Made by a program: the position numbers and the translations under genes. From assembly GCA_964646385.1 (NCBI GenBank), contig CAZYEC010000001.1, positions 10,335 through 74,334 of the forward strand: a DNA stretch of 64,000 nt, written 5' to 3'. Below the pieces are notes generated by a model. It did not search any database. It saw only the letters and a list, made by a program, of their open reading frames with translations, and had not been told where the DNA came from. Origin of the DNA: an uncultured Eubacteriales bacterium (GTDB lineage: Bacteria; Bacillota; Sulfobacillia; Fermentithermobacillales; Fermentithermobacillaceae). Below, in pieces: positions 20,538-30,292 of this stretch (the first letter of the stretch is position 1; the number at the start of each line of letters is the position of its first letter).

Positions 20538-21757
20538 GCTGCTATCATTTTGAGGAACTCTTGTCGGCCTATGTGGATGGGGAATTGCCTGCTCAAGACC
20601 GTGAGTCCCTTCTAGAGCACTTGAAGGAATGCAAAGCGTGCCGCCGGACCTTGAAAGAATTGAAGCTCGTTAAAGCGGCTTTTGGAAGTCTATCCGAAAT
20701 TGAAGTGCCCGAGGGGCTGCACGAAAGGGTGATGGCTGCCCTAAACGAAAGCGGGGCCCCAAAACCCGGGCCGGCACAGGCTCGCAAAAAGGGATTCTGG
20801 GCTTTTTTGTCCCGCATGGATAATTGGCGTTTCAAACAATGGGCCTCCCTTCTGGTCGGCGCTGCCGTTATCGTGATGGTGATTTCGGTGGGCGGTACCT
20901 TATTCGTCACAGGCCAAAAAGGGTGGTTGAGCAGGGCCGCGAGTCCAAGGACAGAAAGCGAGCTCGGTCATGATGCGCCGGGGAATCTGTTTGCCACACC
21001 TCAAACTCAGTATTTCGAAGAAAGCGGGCAGGACGGTTTGAACCGGGGGCAAGATGGTGCGGCAGGGATCGCCCAGTTCAAAGCGGCGGCGCCCAGGCGC
21101 ATGATAATCAGCAGGGCTATTTTGCACGTGGAGACCGGGCGTGGCAAGGTCAAAGAAGCCGCCGACCGGGCAACGGGAATAGTGCAGGTCCACTTGGGAT
21201 ATGTGGAACAATCCTCCATGGCGGAAACTGTAGGGACTAACGACTTCACCAGCTTCTTTATGGTGGCAAGAGTCCCATCGGAATCCTTGGACGGCGTTAT
21301 GAAGGATCTTTCAGATCTTGGCAGGGTCATGAAGCAGGATACGTCGGCCCAAGACGTTACCGACGAATATGTGGATTTGGATGCCCGGCTTCGAAACAAG
21401 ATCGTACAGGAAGATCGTTTGCTCAAAATAATAGGCGAAGCCCAAAGCGTGGGCGATCTGTTGCAGGTGGAAGGGGAGCTCTCCAGGGTCAGGGGAGATA
21501 TCGAAAGCATGCAAGCCCAGATCATGAATTACGACAAATCGGTGGCTTTGGCGTCGCTTTCTTTCACCGCGACAGAAGAAGGGGCTTCAACCAAACCACC
21601 CTCCCCCTGGAACGACCTCTGGCGGGTGTTTGTGAATGCTTGGAGGAACATTTTGTTCGTTGCCGCGAGTTCCGCCCCGGGGATCATCACTTTGGGATTC
21701 CTTGCCGCCGGCATCTTTCAGCTAATCCGTTTGGTTCGCCGCGGAAAACAGGCTTGA
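20534..21757 (+). CDS. Anti-sigma factor: N-terminal zf-HC2 (RsiW-like), TM segment and DUF4349-like extracytoplasmic domain.
   Basis: Zn-finger motif H..LKECKACRR, a TM helix, and a C-terminal coiled-coil plus terminal TM typical of DUF4349. Confidence 0.75.
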   Translation: MSCYHFEELLSAYVDGELPAQDRESLLEHLKECKACRRTLKELKLVKAAFGSLSEIEVPEGLHERVMAALNESGAPKPGPAQARKKGFWAFLSRMDNWRFKQWASLLVGAAVIVMVISVGGTLFVTGQKGWLSRAASPRTESELGHDAPGNLFATPQTQYFEESGQDGLNRGQDGAAGIAQFKAAAPRRMIISRAILHVETGRGKVKEAADRATGIVQVHLGYVEQSSMAETVGTNDFTSFFMVARVPSESLDGVMKDLSDLGRVMKQDTSAQDVTDEYVDLDARLRNKIVQEDRLLKIIGEAQSVGDLLQVEGELSRVRGDIESMQAQIMNYDKSVALASLSFTATEEGASTKPPSPWNDLWRVFVNAWRNILFVAASSAPGIITLGFLAAGIFQLIRLVRRGKQA

Positions 21758-21926
21758 GCCTTCGGGTGCGCGAAACCGCCGCTGTATTTGTCCCCATGTG
21801 TTACTTTCCGTTCCCCTAAGCGCATTTGGCACAGGAAAGCCAATGGGCCGGACTGCTTCTGGCCAAATTGCCTTAGAGTCACCGGTGACACTATACTGTA
21901 GAAAAGCGGGATTAAGGGTGAGCGGC

Positions 21927-24626
21927 GTGGAGAGATCCAAACTTCTTCTTGTAGACGGGAACTCCTTGGCAAACAGGGCGTTCTACGCGCTGCCTCCTTT
22001 GTCGACCAGTCAGGGGTTGCACACCGGCGCCGTCTTCGGCTTTCTTACCATGCTGTTACGTTTCATTCAGGAAATGCAGCCCACGCATATAGCAGTGACT
22101 TTCGACCACCCGTCGCCAACTTTCAGGCACAAAGAATTTGAGGACTATAAGAAAACCAGAAAGCCTTCTCCCGAGGAATTCAAAGAGCAAATGCCCGTCC
22201 TGAAGCAGGTTTTGGACGCTTTGAACCTCGGACACCTGGAAATCCCGGGTTATGAGGCGGATGATCTTATAGGAACCCTGTCAAGCTTGGCCGAAAACCA
22301 AGGGTTTCAGGTGACTATATTGTCCGGTGACCGGGATTGCCTTCAGCTGGTGGACGATAATGTGGAAGCGGTCCTGCCTGTTCGAGGAATTTCGGAAACC
22401 AGGCAATACACCCCCGAAACCGTAATGTCGGAGATGGGTTTGCTTCCGTGTCAGGTGGTGGACTACAAGGCCTTGGCAGGGGATTCATCCGACAATATTC
22501 CCGGCGTAAAGGGCATAGGCCAGAAAACCGCTCAAACCCTGCTAAAAGCCTTTCGAAATCTTGACGACATTTACGAAAACATCCGCGATGTTTCTCCGGC
22601 AAGGGTGCAAAGACTGCTGGAAAAAGGCCGGGACAGCGCATTTCTTTCCCGATCTTTGGCGACCATAAAAAAAGATGTCCCGATCCCCAAGAAACCGGCA
22701 TGCTTTGAGTGGCCCGGGCCCGATGCAGATGCCGCAAAGGCTATTTTTTCCCGGTTGGAGTTTTATAGCCTGATACCCAGACTCGATGATCTGCGTCCGG
22801 CTGGGAAATCAACTGAGATTGAGGGGCTTCCCTCTTTTCCCCCCGGGGCCCGGGGCCCGTTCCGCCTGGTTCAAGATAAAGAAGGCCTTGAAAAGCTGGC
22901 CGAACAGGTTTGTGAATCCGGGTTGATGTCAATTTATGCTCCCGGGGCGGAAGTTACAGGGAATTTCCAGTGGCCCCCGCTTGTAGGCATCTCTGCGGGA
23001 GAATCTGTGGGCCCCTGGCTGATCAAGGCCCCCGACGCAAATCTTTTGGCTTGGCAGGATATGTTGTGGAAGCAGTTGGGGCCTCTCATCGTGAATCCGC
23101 GGATTCGTATGACGGGGTTCGATTTGAAGTGGCTTTTTACTCTGTGTTTTAGACGGGGCCTCCGGCCGGCGGGCCCGTTTTTCGACATCCTTGTAGCATA
23201 TTATCTGATAGACCCCACCAGGTCCGTTTACCGGCTCTCTGAAATTGGGAAGAAGTACGGGCACGAAGTACCGTTTCTTTTGGAAAAACCCCCGAAAGGC
23301 GCAAATCCTGCCGAAATTCAAGGTGCCCTCCAAGAACACGCGGCCTTGGGGGCCAATGCGTGTTCAGCCATTACACAAGATCTTCTTCAGGAATTGTCCG
23401 ATCAAGGTCTTGCACCTTTGGCGAAGCAAGTGGAGTTGCCTCTCACAGAAGTCTTGGCTGCAATGGAGGCCACCGGTGTCGGCGTTGATCTGGGGTTTGC
23501 AAGGTCCATCAGACAGGAGTTTGCCGGGGCTTTGGCCGACATAGAAACGTCAATTTACAAGATGGCGGGCCTGGAATTCAATTTGGGCTCTCCCAAGCAA
23601 CTGGCTCACGTTCTCTTTGACAAACTTGGGCTTACGCCGGTGAAGAAGACCAAAACGGGGTTCTCCACGGACGCAGAAGTCTTGGAGATCTTGAGTTTGA
23701 ATCACGAACTGCCGGGCCGCGTTATGGAATACAGGCATTATGCAAAGCTCAAATCCACTTATTTGGACGTTTTGGAAGATGTGTTGAATCCCACCACAGG
23801 TCGCATACACTCCACCTTCCATCAGACAGTGACTGCTACGGGCCGTTTGTCCAGTTCGGAACCGAATCTACAGAACATTCCCGTAAGGGGTGAATTGGGA
23901 AGGTCTTTGAGAAGAATTTTTGTTCCGCCAGAAGGTTGGTCGTTGATGGCCGCGGATTACTCCCAAATTGAGCTCCGCATAATGGCCCACATGGCGGGTG
24001 ACCCAACCATGATCGAAGCTTTTCGCCGGGGGGAGGACATCCACACCAAAACGGCTTCAGAAATTTTCGGCGTGGATATGGACGAGGTAGACTCCGACCT
24101 TCGCGGCAAGGCCAAAGCGGTGAACTTCGGGGTAATTTACGGAATCTCTGATTTTGGTCTCGCCAAAAACACTGGGGTGACGCGGGAAGAAGCCCGGAAA
24201 TTTATTGACGCCTATTTCTCAAAATACCCCAAGGTCAAGGAATTTATGGACAAGTCCGTGCGGCTGGCCAGAAAGAAAGGGTATGCCGAGACCATCCTGG
24301 GGCGAAGGCGGAACATTCCGGACATTGATGCCCGCATCAGGCAAAAGCGTTCTTTTGCTGAACGGGCTGCCATCAATACTCCGATTCAGGGGAGCGCGGC
24401 AGATATCATCAAACTGGCCATGGTGAGAATTTTCCGCAGGCTCAGGGATGAGGACTTGGTTTCCAGACTAATACTGCAAGTCCACGACGAACTCATATTT
24501 GAAGTGCCCCTGGGGGAGGAACACCCCATGAGGGGGCTGGTGACCGGGGAAATGGAACAAGTAATGGAACTTTCCGTGCCTTTGAAAGTTGAGTTGGATG
24601 TGGGGAAAAGTTGGTATGATGTCTGA
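21927..24626 (+). CDS. polA: DNA polymerase I.
   Basis: 5'-3' exonuclease N-terminus (LLLVDGNSLANRAFYAL) and Pol A motifs (AKAVNFGVIYG, YSQIELR, QVHDELIFE). The central 3'-5' exonuclease region appears degenerate. Confidence 0.9.
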   Translation: MERSKLLLVDGNSLANRAFYALPPLSTSQGLHTGAVFGFLTMLLRFIQEMQPTHIAVTFDHPSPTFRHKEFEDYKKTRKPSPEEFKEQMPVLKQVLDALNLGHLEIPGYEADDLIGTLSSLAENQGFQVTILSGDRDCLQLVDDNVEAVLPVRGISETRQYTPETVMSEMGLLPCQVVDYKALAGDSSDNIPGVKGIGQKTAQTLLKAFRNLDDIYENIRDVSPARVQRLLEKGRDSAFLSRSLATIKKDVPIPKKPACFEWPGPDADAAKAIFSRLEFYSLIPRLDDLRPAGKSTEIEGLPSFPPGARGPFRLVQDKEGLEKLAEQVCESGLMSIYAPGAEVTGNFQWPPLVGISAGESVGPWLIKAPDANLLAWQDMLWKQLGPLIVNPRIRMTGFDLKWLFTLCFRRGLRPAGPFFDILVAYYLIDPTRSVYRLSEIGKKYGHEVPFLLEKPPKGANPAEIQGALQEHAALGANACSAITQDLLQELSDQGLAPLAKQVELPLTEVLAAMEATGVGVDLGFARSIRQEFAGALADIETSIYKMAGLEFNLGSPKQLAHVLFDKLGLTPVKKTKTGFSTDAEVLEILSLNHELPGRVMEYRHYAKLKSTYLDVLEDVLNPTTGRIHSTFHQTVTATGRLSSSEPNLQNIPVRGELGRSLRRIFVPPEGWSLMAADYSQIELRIMAHMAGDPTMIEAFRRGEDIHTKTASEIFGVDMDEVDSDLRGKAKAVNFGVIYGISDFGLAKNTGVTREEARKFIDAYFSKYPKVKEFMDKSVRLARKKGYAETILGRRRNIPDIDARIRQKRSFAERAAINTPIQGSAADIIKLAMVRIFRRLRDEDLVSRLILQVHDELIFEVPLGEEHPMRGLVTGEMEQVMELSVPLKVELDVGKSWYDV

Positions 24627-25296
24627 GGACGTATCCCGCCTGGGGTCCAAACGCCCGGGTGTTTACGTGATAGGGCTGACGGGCGGTATAGCCACGGGCA
24701 AGAGCACAGTTTCTGCCATCTTGGCCTGCTTGGGCGCCATCATTATAGATGCCGACATTATCTCCCGGGAAGTGGTGGAGCCGGGTTCTTCGGGGCTCAA
24801 GAAAGTGGTACAAGAATTTGGGCCCCACATGATCACAAAGAAGGGCTGTCTGGACCGCAAGAAACTAAGCGGCATCGTGTTCGGCGACCCTAAAGCGCGC
24901 AAGCGGCTGGAAACCATCCTGCACCCGCTTATCATGGAAAAGGCTGAAGAGGCCTTGGGTGAACTGAGCCGGGGATGGGAAAAAGACGGGCAAGTCCGTA
25001 TTGCGATTTTTGACGCTCCCCTGCTGTTTGAGGCGGGAGCCGACAGAGTTGTCGACCAGGTCTGGGTTGTGTGGGTGGACAGAAGTACCCAGGAACAAAG
25101 GCTCATGGCACGCGGCGGTTACACCAGGGGAGAGGTTGAAACCAGAATCGACGCCCAGATGCCCCTAGAAGAAAAGGTGCGACGTGCAGCACAGATAATA
25201 GACAACACAGGCGATGTGAAGAAGACGGAGGCCCAAGTGGAAGCGCTTTGGTGCCTGTTGAAAAAGGATCTGGCATCAAAAACTCGAAATATCTAG
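24616..25296 (+). CDS. coaE: Dephospho-CoA kinase.
   Basis: P-loop GLTGGIATGKST. The polA-coaE order is conserved. Confidence 0.9.
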   Translation: MMSEDVSRLGSKRPGVYVIGLTGGIATGKSTVSAILACLGAIIIDADIISREVVEPGSSGLKKVVQEFGPHMITKKGCLDRKKLSGIVFGDPKARKRLETILHPLIMEKAEEALGELSRGWEKDGQVRIAIFDAPLLFEAGADRVVDQVWVVWVDRSTQEQRLMARGGYTRGEVETRIDAQMPLEEKVRRAAQIIDNTGDVKKTEAQVEALWCLLKKDLASKTRNI

Positions 25297-25337
25297 AGAG
25301 CCTCTGCCCTTTGTGTTTGGAACTGGAGGGGACTAAG

Positions 25338-25694
25338 TTGATTTCCCAGGATGGGAGTTTCCAGGTTCAAGATGCAACCCAGGACACCTTCTGCCATCAA
25401 GTGATGACTTCGAAACTGGCGATCGTGGATTTTTGGGCACCTTGGTGCGGCCCTTGTTTGAGGTTTGCCCCGGTTTTTGAAAGGGTGGCTTTCGAGGCCT
25501 ACAGGAACAATCCCGGCGCCGTCTTGTTTCTGAAGGTGAACGTGGACAATGAGATGAACTTGGCTGTGACTTACGGAATTACTATGATCCCCACCATCGC
25601 CGCTTTTGCCGGCAAAAACATGCTTGAAAGATATAAGGGGCCGCCCACCCCCGCGGGTTTTGCCCGGTGGGTGAACCAGTTGCTGGAGGCATAG
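25338..25694 (+). CDS. Thioredoxin.
   Basis: WAPWCGPC active site. RBS GGAGGGG precedes the TTG start. Confidence 0.85.
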   Translation: MISQDGSFQVQDATQDTFCHQVMTSKLAIVDFWAPWCGPCLRFAPVFERVAFEAYRNNPGAVLFLKVNVDNEMNLAVTYGITMIPTIAAFAGKNMLERYKGPPTPAGFARWVNQLLEA

Positions 25695-25723
25695 GCCGTT
25701 GAAGGCGAAGGAAGGGAATTTCT

Positions 25724-26767
25724 TTGAAAATCATTGACTTCAGATCCGATACTGTCACCAAGCCCACGCAAGAAATGCGCGATGCCATGTACGAGGCCGA
25801 AGTAGGCGATGACGTTTACGGCGATGACCCTACGGTCAACAAGTTGGAAGCCCTGGCCGCTGACGTTCTGGGCAAGGAAGCCGCAGTCTTTGTTCCCAGC
25901 GGGACGATGGGGAATCAGGTATCGGTGTTGGCGTGGACCGGTCGGGGCGACGAGATCATTTTGGAGGAAGAAGCCCACATTTTTGTCTACGAGGTGGGAG
26001 GGACCGCCGTCCTGTCGGCTGTCCAAACGCGAACCGTGAAAGGTTTTCGCGGGGCCATGGATCCTTCCCGTGTCAAACTCGCGATCCGAGGTAAAAACAT
26101 CCATTTCCCAAAGACTGCCCTCATTTGTCTGGAGAACACCCACAATCGCTCGGGCGGATGCGTTTTGCCGCTTTCCAACATGAAGGCCATTTATGAGATC
26201 GCAAAAAACGCAGGCATAAACGTCCATTTGGACGGGGCAAGAATTTTCAACGCTGCAGTTGCTTTGGGCGTAGAGGTTGAAGAAGTGGCAAAGCATGCGG
26301 ACTCGGTGCAGTTTTGCTTATCTAAGGGGTTGTGCGCGCCGGTGGGCTCCATGGTTGTGGGCCCCAAGGAGTTCGTGGATAAGGCCCGAGGTTACAGAAA
26401 GATGCTGGGAGGCGGAATGCGCCAGGCGGGAATTCTGGCGGCGGCGGGGATTGTGGCGCTCAAAAAGATGGTGGAAAGGTTGGGCGACGACCACTCCAAT
26501 GCCAGAATGATAGGGGAATACTTGGGAGCGGTGCCCGGACTGGACATTGAATTGGATACCGTTCAAACCAACATGGTTGCTGTGGGCACAAAAGGCCTCG
26601 GGGTAGACGCAAACACTTTTTCCGCTTTTCTCAAGGAAAGGGGCGTGTGGGCAAACGCAAGCGCGCACCACGTGGTGCGGTTAGTCACCCATAATGACGT
26701 CACCAAAGAAGACTGTCAGGAGGGTGCTTATCGAATCTCTACCCTTGCAAATGAGTTGACAAAATAG
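25724..26767 (+). CDS. ltaE: Low-specificity L-threonine aldolase.
   Basis: [10 protein letters not shown]...[13 protein letters not shown]...SGTMGNQ is characteristic of PLP-dependent threonine aldolases. Confidence 0.85.
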   Translation: MKIIDFRSDTVTKPTQEMRDAMYEAEVGDDVYGDDPTVNKLEALAADVLGKEAAVFVPSGTMGNQVSVLAWTGRGDEIILEEEAHIFVYEVGGTAVLSAVQTRTVKGFRGAMDPSRVKLAIRGKNIHFPKTALICLENTHNRSGGCVLPLSNMKAIYEIAKNAGINVHLDGARIFNAAVALGVEVEEVAKHADSVQFCLSKGLCAPVGSMVVGPKEFVDKARGYRKMLGGGMRQAGILAAAGIVALKKMVERLGDDHSNARMIGEYLGAVPGLDIELDTVQTNMVAVGTKGLGVDANTFSAFLKERGVWANASAHHVVRLVTHNDVTKEDCQEGAYRISTLANELTK

Positions 26768-26834
26768 TTTTGCCGCCCCAAGCGGTATCGTGTTTCGGCC
26801 TCCTGGGCAAAATGTTTTCGGGAGGCGTTTTCAT

Positions 26835-27101
26835 TTGGTGTGTCCGAAGTGCAACAGCCGGGCGGTCGGCAAAATTGGTCAAAACCAGTACTTTTGCTGG
26901 GACTGCAGCATTGAGTTTGTCCCGACCAAAGACGGGTTTCGCATGTACCGCCTTGAACCGGACGGGACGATGCTTTTGGATTCCCTTGAAAATACCGCCC
27001 TGAGCGAAACCGGGTCTTTGCAGGCCGGACAGCCGGGGGCTCCGGGTCCAACCCCGCCGCCTGAGGGCCCGCCAACTACGGCTCCGCTTTGTTTCGGGTA
27101 A
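26835..27101 (+). CDS. Small zinc-ribbon protein (CPKC..CWDC) with a Pro-rich tail.
   Basis: Two CxxC pairs and a GGGAGG RBS. No known family recognised. Confidence 0.35.
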   Translation: MVCPKCNSRAVGKIGQNQYFCWDCSIEFVPTKDGFRMYRLEPDGTMLLDSLENTALSETGSLQAGQPGAPGPTPPPEGPPTTAPLCFG

Positions 27102-27108
27102 AGGGGGG

Positions 27109-27309
27109 ATGCGCACGATGAGGGGCCGCACTTTTTGGGGTGGGGTTGTCCTGGGAGCGGGAGCAGGCTTTTTCCTGGGACACCTTATGGTCAACCGGCG
27201 GCAGACGCCCATGGAACGCACAAAGATGATGATAGGCAAATCGGCACAAAAAGTCTTGAAAACCGCTCAAGGAACGCTGGGTCAGGTTGCCAACAGGCTC
27301 TCAGATTAA
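27109..27309 (+). CDS. YtxH-like (DUF948) small membrane-anchored protein.
   Basis: Gly-rich TM segment (GGVVLGAGAGFFLG) followed by a helical tail. RBS AAAGGGGGG. Confidence 0.45.
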   Translation: MRTMRGRTFWGGVVLGAGAGFFLGHLMVNRRQTPMERTKMMIGKSAQKVLKTAQGTLGQVANRLSD

Positions 27310-28363
27310 CAAACGAAACATAGCAAAGGCACTATTGAGTGCCTTTGCTGCGCTTTTGGGGGGGTACTTTTTATACCTGCTGAGGGGGATCCTTCCGCCG
27401 TTCATTATGGCGGCTTTCATTGCCTTCGTGTTAGAACCGGTTGTCTCGCGTCTTCAGAAAAAGGGCCTGTCAAGGGCAAAAAGCATATTCATCCTATACG
27501 GGGTCTTGTTCGTGGCTTTTTCTTTGATCACTGTCTATTTTGTGCCCAAATTTGTAAGAGATGTCCGAGTTCTGGCGGGGGAGATTCCCAGGTTCACCCT
27601 GACCGTTCAAGGCTACGCTTCCAAGGTTCGGGAGACAGCATTGCGGTATAATCTTCCCGGGGGATTGGAACGGGGAATAGTCACTTTTTTGGGCCTGTCT
27701 GAGGATTTCTTGGATAACCTGGGGGACAATGCCATCTCATATTGCGCCTCTTCGGCCACTTTCTTGTCTTACTTAATCATTTCTCCTGTGATTGCCTATT
27801 ACATCTTGCGGGACATCAACAGGTGGCGCCGGCAGGCGCTGGTGTCTCTGGCCCGATACCCTGCCCCATATATGGATCTGGTAAGGGATGTGGACAGGGT
27901 CATGGGCGGGTTCGTGCGGGGCCAGTCGATAGTTGCCCTGTCGGTGTGGGGAATGGTTTGGGCGGCTGCGGCTGCCCTGGGTATAAAGCACGGGGCTGTG
28001 TTGGGCATGGTAAGCGGTTTGGGGGAATTCGTGCCCTTTTTCGGGCCTTTGCTTGGCGCTGTGCCTGCTTTGCTGGCGGCCCTTGCTAAATCTCCGGCAA
28101 CTATGTTTTGGATGCTGGGGGCAGTTGGCGTAATTCAGTGGATTGACGCAAACCTGGTTGTTCCAAAGGTGACTGGGCCCAGAGTCGGCCTTCACCCCCT
28201 TTGGATCATGTTCTCAATTTTGGCGGGGGCGAAGCTGCTCGGGGTCTGGGGCTTGTTTCTCGCCGTGCCTCTGGGGGGGATCTCCGGGGCCCTTGTCACG
28301 TTTATACGGGCCATGTCCCTAGCCCGCCGTAGCGCAACAGGCGATGACCCCTACAACTTGTAG
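27287..28363 (+). CDS. AI-2E family transporter (PerM/YtvI-like).
   Basis: Eight TM helices in the AI-2E/UPF0118 arrangement. The start is uncertain: the TTG at 27287 overlaps the preceding ORF. Confidence 0.8.
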   Translation: MPTGSQINKRNIAKALLSAFAALLGGYFLYLLRGILPPFIMAAFIAFVLEPVVSRLQKKGLSRAKSIFILYGVLFVAFSLITVYFVPKFVRDVRVLAGEIPRFTLTVQGYASKVRETALRYNLPGGLERGIVTFLGLSEDFLDNLGDNAISYCASSATFLSYLIISPVIAYYILRDINRWRRQALVSLARYPAPYMDLVRDVDRVMGGFVRGQSIVALSVWGMVWAAAAALGIKHGAVLGMVSGLGEFVPFFGPLLGAVPALLAALAKSPATMFWMLGAVGVIQWIDANLVVPKVTGPRVGLHPLWIMFSILAGAKLLGVWGLFLAVPLGGISGALVTFIRAMSLARRSATGDDPYNL

Positions 28364-28839
28364 CCTATCTTTCTCAAAAATGAATATCTCCATTCCGCGT
28401 CTTGAGGGCCTTCTGCTCCTTTTGGGGGACTCCCATCTATTACTCCCATAATTCCCCTACCGGAGGACGTGTTGGCTACAACCACCTGCACCGGATTGGC
28501 GGTGGCACAGTAAATGCCACAGACCTCCGGTACCATTTTTACAGCGTTTAGTACGTTTATGGGGAAACCTTGTTCCAGCATAATCACGAACGCATGGCCT
28601 GTTCCCAAGGCAAGAGCGTTGGCCTTGGCAAGTTCGACCAGCGTTTGATCGTTTCCTGAGGCGCGCACAAGGCATGCACCGCTTGCCTCGCAAAAGGCGA
28701 TGCCAAATCTGAGGCCGCCCCCGGCGTTGGCCATGGTTTCGTGGAGGTCCTCCACCGTCTTTATGAAATGGGCCTGCCCGATAATAATGTTGGTTTCTTC
28801 CGGTTTCTCTATTGGAACCAGCGTCAATTCAAGTCCCAC
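28351..28839 (-). CDS. Adenosine-specific kinase family (PF04008-like) protein.
   Basis: Matches the conserved pattern IEKPE.TNII.GQAHFIK..EDL.....FG.AFCEASG.CLVR..GND...PINVLNA.K.VPEVC.I.CATANP. RBS GGGAGGG precedes the GTG at 28839. The longer track ORF would overlap vapC. Confidence 0.55.
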   Translation of the reverse strand: MGLELTLVPIEKPEETNIIIGQAHFIKTVEDLHETMANAGGGLRFGIAFCEASGACLVRASGNDQTLVELAKANALALGTGHAFVIMLEQGFPINVLNAVKMVPEVCGIYCATANPVQVVVANTSSGRGIMGVIDGSPPKGAEGPQDAEWRYSFLRKIGYKL

Positions 28840-28912
28840 GATACGAGCCCTCCCACATCCGTTGATTTTGGAACCTGCATCTATGTTTAGATACGCTTGA
28901 GCGTTTTTCCTT

Positions 28913-29326
28913 TCAATTGTCCCGAGAAGAAGCGGCTCCGACCGCCCGGACAAAAAGGCATTGTTCCCAAAGGGACTGAAGAGCCTCGTCGGCGGTAATT
29001 AGCGTGGCTCCGGTTGTGTCCTTTAACAACTGATATGTTGTGGAAGCATCGGGTTCGAGCGGGGTGTCGCCCACATTAGTCCTTGCAGCATCGGCAGCGC
29101 TATTTCCAGTGAGGGGAACAACCTCAAAAGGCAGCTGCTCCACCAAAGCGATTACTTCGTCCAGTTGCTCCCTGTTTTCCAAAGCTGAATCGCCGTACAC
29201 CTTCAACAGAGCCACTGAGGTGATTCTGATTTTGTCTTGACACTCGGCCGATTGTCCTAACACCTTTTGCACAATGGAACAACCGGGTTCGCCACGTAAA
29301 TAAACAAGCAGCGATGAGGCATCCAT
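28913..29326 (-). CDS. vapC: PIN-domain toxin VapC.
   Basis: PIN acidic residues (MDASSLLVYL...) and its position immediately after an AbrB/MazE-type antitoxin gene. Confidence 0.8.
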   Translation of the reverse strand: MDASSLLVYLRGEPGCSIVQKVLGQSAECQDKIRITSVALLKVYGDSALENREQLDEVIALVEQLPFEVVPLTGNSAADAARTNVGDTPLEPDASTTYQLLKDTTGATLITADEALQSLWEQCLFVRAVGAASSRDN

Positions 29327-29354
29327 CACGAATGTGCCTTCCCAATCCAGTGAT

Positions 29355-29564
29355 TCAGACAGCACCATTGCCCCTTTCTTCTTTGTTGGCAGCTTTTAAG
29401 AGCCCCAAGCCGTGACTCACCGGGTCGTCTACCTCCGGTACCGCAACGATTTTTCTGCCGTCCAGGTACAGGCGCAACGTCGCGCCTCGGTTGAGCGACA
29501 GCCTTTTGCGGAGGTCGGCGGGTATCACTATTTGGCCCTTTGTCGAAACCGTTGCCTTGTACAT
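29355..29564 (-). CDS. vapB: AbrB/MazE/SpoVT-family antitoxin VapB.
   Basis: TVSTKGQIVIPADLRKRL swapped-hairpin motif. 69 aa. Confidence 0.8.
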   Translation of the reverse strand: MYKATVSTKGQIVIPADLRKRLSLNRGATLRLYLDGRKIVAVPEVDDPVSHGLGLLKAANKEERGNGAV

Positions 29565-29777
29565 TTGTGCTTACCCCCATAATTTTCGGTTGCCTGCCGC
29601 TCTCTAGTATGCTCTGTTTGCAGTGACTTGGATTTCAGAGGCCCCGGCGCCATGCACAGGTGTGTAAAAAGGGCATTTTAGGGCTAAGCTCTTGCCCGAA
29701 AGCGTTGAAAACCAACTCCTAACGATGGATGATGTATCCTGGAAGCAATGACAGGTGGGTTTGGGAGGTCATAAGAA

Positions 29778-30017
29778 GTGTCAGAACACAGCGTGATAGT
29801 GTATTCTACCCCTGTTTGCCCGTGGTGTACCAGGGCCAAGTCGTACCTTGAGGAGATCGGTCAGCCCTATGAAGACAAGGATGTTTCGGTGGACATTGCC
29901 GCCGCCAGAGAAATGATCAAGTTGTCAGGTCAGATGGGTGTGCCGGTTTTGAGCATCGACGGTACGCCTGTTGTAGGTTTTGACAAGAAAAAGATAGACC
30001 GGCTTCTGGGCAGATAG
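29778..30017 (+). CDS. Glutaredoxin-like protein (NrdH/YruB type).
   Basis: CPWC active site, 79 aa. A GGGAGG RBS precedes the GTG start. Confidence 0.8.
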   Translation: MSEHSVIVYSTPVCPWCTRAKSYLEEIGQPYEDKDVSVDIAAAREMIKLSGQMGVPVLSIDGTPVVGFDKKKIDRLLGR

Positions 30018-30119
30018 CGCCGGCTTGCCGGCATCGGGCTGAAGTGCTGCAAAAGGGCTCTTTTCCAAGGGGCCCTTTTGCGGCCCAGAAGGACTTATTT
30101 TCTGGACAGCGAAGTATTT

Positions 30120-30292
30120 CATGCCGGGGGTTCCCGACGGTTGGGTGTTTCCGGCATGAGGTCCGGACGGTGATTCGTTTCCGGAGGTGCAAATTTGTGG
30201 GGGGCGCGGTGCCCGAACCCGGTCGCCTGACAAGCGAGTCTTTCGGGCAAAAGGCTGTAAACAAAGTTTTCGGTGCTGACCCAGAGAGCCGT
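30120..30292 (+). promoter_or_regulatory. Structured 5' leader of the MATE gene; candidate riboswitch-like element.
   Basis: Three hairpins: CATGCCGG/CCGGCATG (30120-30158), TCCGGA/TCCGGA (30162-30185) and GCCCGAA/TTCGGGC (30211-30249). Contains the blocks GGGUUCCCG, GGUCCGGACGG, CCGGAGGUGC, ACCCGGUC and GACAAG, reminiscent of ykkC-family guanidine riboswitches. Confidence 0.3.
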
